64,000 bases of DNA from Candidatus Eiseniibacteriota bacterium (GTDB lineage: Bacteria > Eisenbacteria > RBG-16-71-46). Location of the stretch: positions 2,853-66,852 of the forward strand of contig JBGPFC010000019.1 of assembly GCA_041483195.1 (NCBI GenBank). Direction: 5' to 3'. The notes under the pieces are model-generated. The model saw only the letters and a program-made list of their open reading frames with translations, was not told the origin of the DNA and did not search any database. This document shows positions 61,737-64,000 of this stretch, piece by piece (position 1 is the first letter of the stretch; each line of letters opens with the position of its first letter). Both the position numbers and the translations under genes were made by a program.

Positions 61737-62354
61737 ATGCTCGCGCGCGTGATGAAGCCCCGCACCGCCGCATCGCTCCCCGCGCCGTTGCTCGCCTGCG
61801 CGCTCGCCTGCGCCTTCACCTGCGCGGCCGCCTTCGCGGATGCCGCCCCGCCTCGCGCCTCGGCGATGGGGCGCGACACCACCCATCTCGCGCCCGCCGC
61901 GGTGGCGCGCGATTCGAGCGTCGTCACCTACGTGATCGTGCGCCACGCCGAAAAAGACACGACGGCGGGCGCAAGCGACCCGCCGCTCACCGCGGCGGGC
62001 GAGGCGCGCGCGCGGGCGCTGGCGCGGGTGCTCGCCGACGCGCGCGTCACGCGCATCTACGCGACGCCTACGCGGCGCGCGATGCGGACCGGCGAGCCGC
62101 TGGCGCGGGCGATCGGCGACAGCGTGCGGGTCGTGGACGGCACCGCGGAGCTGATGAGGCGGCTGCGCACGCACCAGGCGGGCGACGTGGTGGTGGTGAT
62201 CGGGCACAGCAACACGGTGCCCGAGATCGCGAAGGGGCTCTGCGGCGATTCCGTGCCCGCGTTCCGCGACGACGAGTTCGACCGCATGCTCGTGATCGTC
62301 GTGCCGCGCAGCGGCGGGCCGATCCTGCTCGCGCTCCGCTACGGGGATCCCTAG
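61737..62354 (+). CDS. exported histidine-phosphatase superfamily (SixA-like) protein
   Basis: Signal peptide ...ACALACAFTCAAAFADA. Catalytic RHAEK and GHSNT motifs. Alternative ATG at 61752. Confidence 0.7.
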   Translation: MLARVMKPRTAASLPAPLLACALACAFTCAAAFADAAPPRASAMGRDTTHLAPAAVARDSSVVTYVIVRHAEKDTTAGASDPPLTAAGEARARALARVLADARVTRIYATPTRRAMRTGEPLARAIGDSVRVVDGTAELMRRLRTHQAGDVVVVIGHSNTVPEIAKGLCGDSVPAFRDDEFDRMLVIVVPRSGGPILLALRYGDP

Positions 62355-62419
62355 CGAGATCGGGGCGGGAGCGCCGGGGGGCTTGAGCGCGGCGCACGCA
62401 TCGTGCACAGTCCCGCGCC

Positions 62420-63553
62420 ATGACGGCCGCCGAAGCGCGCCCCGCGCGCTCAAGCCTCTTCGCCCCCGAGCGCGCGCTTCAGCTGTTGATCGTGTTCGTC
62501 GTCATCGCCCCGCTCGCCCACGCGCTCCACTGGGACCCGCTCGTGGTGTTCGCGTGCGCAGCGCTCGCGATCGTCCCGCTCGCGGGGATGATGGGCGAAG
62601 CCACCGAGCGGCTCGCCTCCCGGCTCGGCGCCGGCGTCGGCGGGCTGCTGAACGCGACCTTCGGCAACGCGGCCGAGCTCATCATCGCGATCGCGGCGCT
62701 CGAGCGCGGGCTCTACGACGTGGTCAAGGCGAGCCTCACCGGATCGATCATCGGCAACGTGCTGCTGGTGCTGGGGCTCGCGTGCGTCGCGGGCGGGGCG
62801 CGGCGCGAACGCCAGACCTTCGACCGCGCGGCGGCGGCGGCCGGCTCCACGCTGCTCGCGCTCGCCGCGATCGGGCTCGTGGTGCCGGCCATGTTCCACT
62901 TCGTCGCGGAGGGCGCGGTGACGCACGCCACGCTGAGCCCGGCGCGCGAGATCGAGATCGAGCACGGGCTCTCGCTCGAGATCTCGATCGTGCTGTTCGC
63001 GGCCTACCTGCTCTCGCTGGTCTTCAGCCTGCGCACCCACCGCCATCTCTACGCCGGGCAGTCCGGCGCGCACGTCGCGCACTCGCAAGCCGCGCCGCCG
63101 GGCGCGGCGGTGGTCACGCTGGTGGCCGCGACCGCGCTGGTGGCGTGGATGAGCGAGCTGCTGGTGGGCGCGGTCGAGCCGGCCTCGCGCGCGCTCGGCT
63201 TCACCCCGGTGTTCATCGGGGTGGTGGTGGTCGCCATCATCGGAAACGCGGCCGAGCACTCGACCGCCGTGCTGATGGCGATGCGCGACCGGATGGACCT
63301 CGCGCTCCACATCGCGATCGGCTCCAGCACCCAGATCGCGCTGTTCGTGGCGCCGGTGCTGGTGTTCCTCTCCTACCTGATGCGGCACGGTCCGATGGAC
63401 CTGCGTTTCACGCCGTTCGAGGTGCTGGCGGTGGGGATCGCGGTGGGGGTGGTCAACCTGGTCGCGCAGGACGGCGAGTCGAACTGGCTGGAGGGCGCGC
63501 TGCTGCTCGCGGTGTACGCGATCCTGGCGATGGCGTTCTACTTCCTGCCATGA
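62420..63553 (+). CDS. cax: Ca2+/H+ antiporter (CaCA/CAX family)
   Basis: Two alpha-repeats with [10 protein letters not shown] and [10 protein letters not shown]. About 11 TM helices. Confidence 0.85.
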   Translation: MTAAEARPARSSLFAPERALQLLIVFVVIAPLAHALHWDPLVVFACAALAIVPLAGMMGEATERLASRLGAGVGGLLNATFGNAAELIIAIAALERGLYDVVKASLTGSIIGNVLLVLGLACVAGGARRERQTFDRAAAAAGSTLLALAAIGLVVPAMFHFVAEGAVTHATLSPAREIEIEHGLSLEISIVLFAAYLLSLVFSLRTHRHLYAGQSGAHVAHSQAAPPGAAVVTLVAATALVAWMSELLVGAVEPASRALGFTPVFIGVVVVAIIGNAAEHSTAVLMAMRDRMDLALHIAIGSSTQIALFVAPVLVFLSYLMRHGPMDLRFTPFEVLAVGIAVGVVNLVAQDGESNWLEGALLLAVYAILAMAFYFLP

Positions 63554-63601
63554 GCGCGGGCCGCGCTCTGCTACCATGAGGCGCACAGGAGGGTTCCCGC
63601 C

Positions 63602-64000
63602 ATGACCGTGAGTCCGCATTCCTCGAAGGTGGACGAGCTGATCCGCCGGCTCGACGAAGCCGTCGCGGTGCGCGACGACGCGACCCGCTGTCGCAACGTC
63701 AAGCGCGTGCTCACCGACGTCGTGAACAGCGGCGAGCAGTTCCTCGACCCGCCGATGCTCGCGCCCACCCCCGACTGCTACGCGCGGCGGCTGCTGCACC
63801 GCGACCCGGACGGGCGCTACACCGCGCTCGTGATGGTGTGGGACCGCGACCAGGGCACGCCGCTCCACGATCACGCGGGCATGTGGTGCGTCGAGTGCGT
63901 GTACCGCGGCAAGATCCGCGTGACCTCGTTCTCGGCCCACGGCGGCGACCCGGAGCGCGACATCGTGCGCTTCGAGAAGGAAAACGTGGTGCTCGCCGGG
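63602..64000 (+). CDS. cysteine-dioxygenase-type-I-like cupin protein, N-terminal 133 aa (runs off the window; absent from the ORF track because there is no stop)
   Basis: AGGAGGG RBS before the ATG at 63602. My own translation gives MTVSPHSSKVDELIRRL...YARRLLHRDPDGRYTALVMVWDRDQGTPLHDHAGMWCVECVYRGKI, i.e. the cupin motif G.P.HDH. Confidence 0.6.
   Translation, partial: MTVSPHSSKVDELIRRLDEAVAVRDDATRCRNVKRVLTDVVNSGEQFLDPPMLAPTPDCYARRLLHRDPDGRYTALVMVWDRDQGTPLHDHAGMWCVECVYRGKIRVTSFSAHGGDPERDIVRFEKENVVLAG

Overview
High-GC (~70%) bacterial chromosomal segment. It is densely coded, with many 4-nt ATGA/GTGA start-stop overlaps. All calls rest on reading the supplied translations and DNA for motifs; no database search was run. 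The taxon is uncertain. A lipoprotein clade-II NosZ, a fused CcoN-CcoO and FlgD-Ig/T9SS-like C-terminal sorting domains suggest a Gemmatimonadota/FCB-like or Anaeromyxobacter-like organism.

The window is dominated by respiratory electron-transfer genes. By my count there are about 90 CxxCH heme-c motifs in 12 real genes.

Layout:
- 1-5.9 kb: 3' end of cusA, small periplasmic metal-binding proteins, a degenerate histidine kinase and galT.
- 6-7.3 kb: a diheme cytochrome c and a pseudo-receiver.
- 8.2-16.0 kb: one operon encoding an MtrA-like decaheme, an MtrB-like porin, a Rieske protein, cytochrome b, a nonaheme cytochrome and an 18-heme NapC-like cytochrome.
- 16.0-18.5 kb: a ~55% GC islet carrying a single P-loop ATPase-PD-(D/E)xK nuclease fusion gene.
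- 19.7-25.9 kb: two divergent CbcL-like proteins (multiheme c domain fused to a membrane cytochrome b domain) plus a pentaheme cytochrome.
- 25.9-33.0 kb: a second diheme cytochrome and a second Rieske/cytochrome b/nonaheme module, sitting behind a pseudo-receiver and a sigma54 two-component system.
- 33.5-41.8 kb: clade-II nos cluster (cytochrome c, nosZ, nosB-like, nosD, nosF, nosL, unknown gene, nosY) followed by nnrS.
- 42.0-50.8 kb: uspA and a complete cbb3 oxidase with its assembly locus (ccoNO-Q-P-G-H-x-I-S).
- 50.9-57.8 kb: exported Kelch and LVIVD propeller proteins and a glycosyltransferase.
- 58.4-64.0 kb: nrdJ, a histidine phosphatase, a Ca2+/H+ exchanger and a partial cysteine-dioxygenase-like gene.

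No rRNA, tRNA, CRISPR array or recognisable IS/transposase was seen.

Most notable observations:
- the MtrAB-Rieske/cytochrome b-multiheme operon;
- its cytochrome b lacks one heme-ligand pair;
- the foreign ATPase-nuclease islet;
- the duplicated and rearranged cytochrome modules;
- paired pseudo-receiver proteins with Asp-to-Glu and Lys-to-Arg substitutions.
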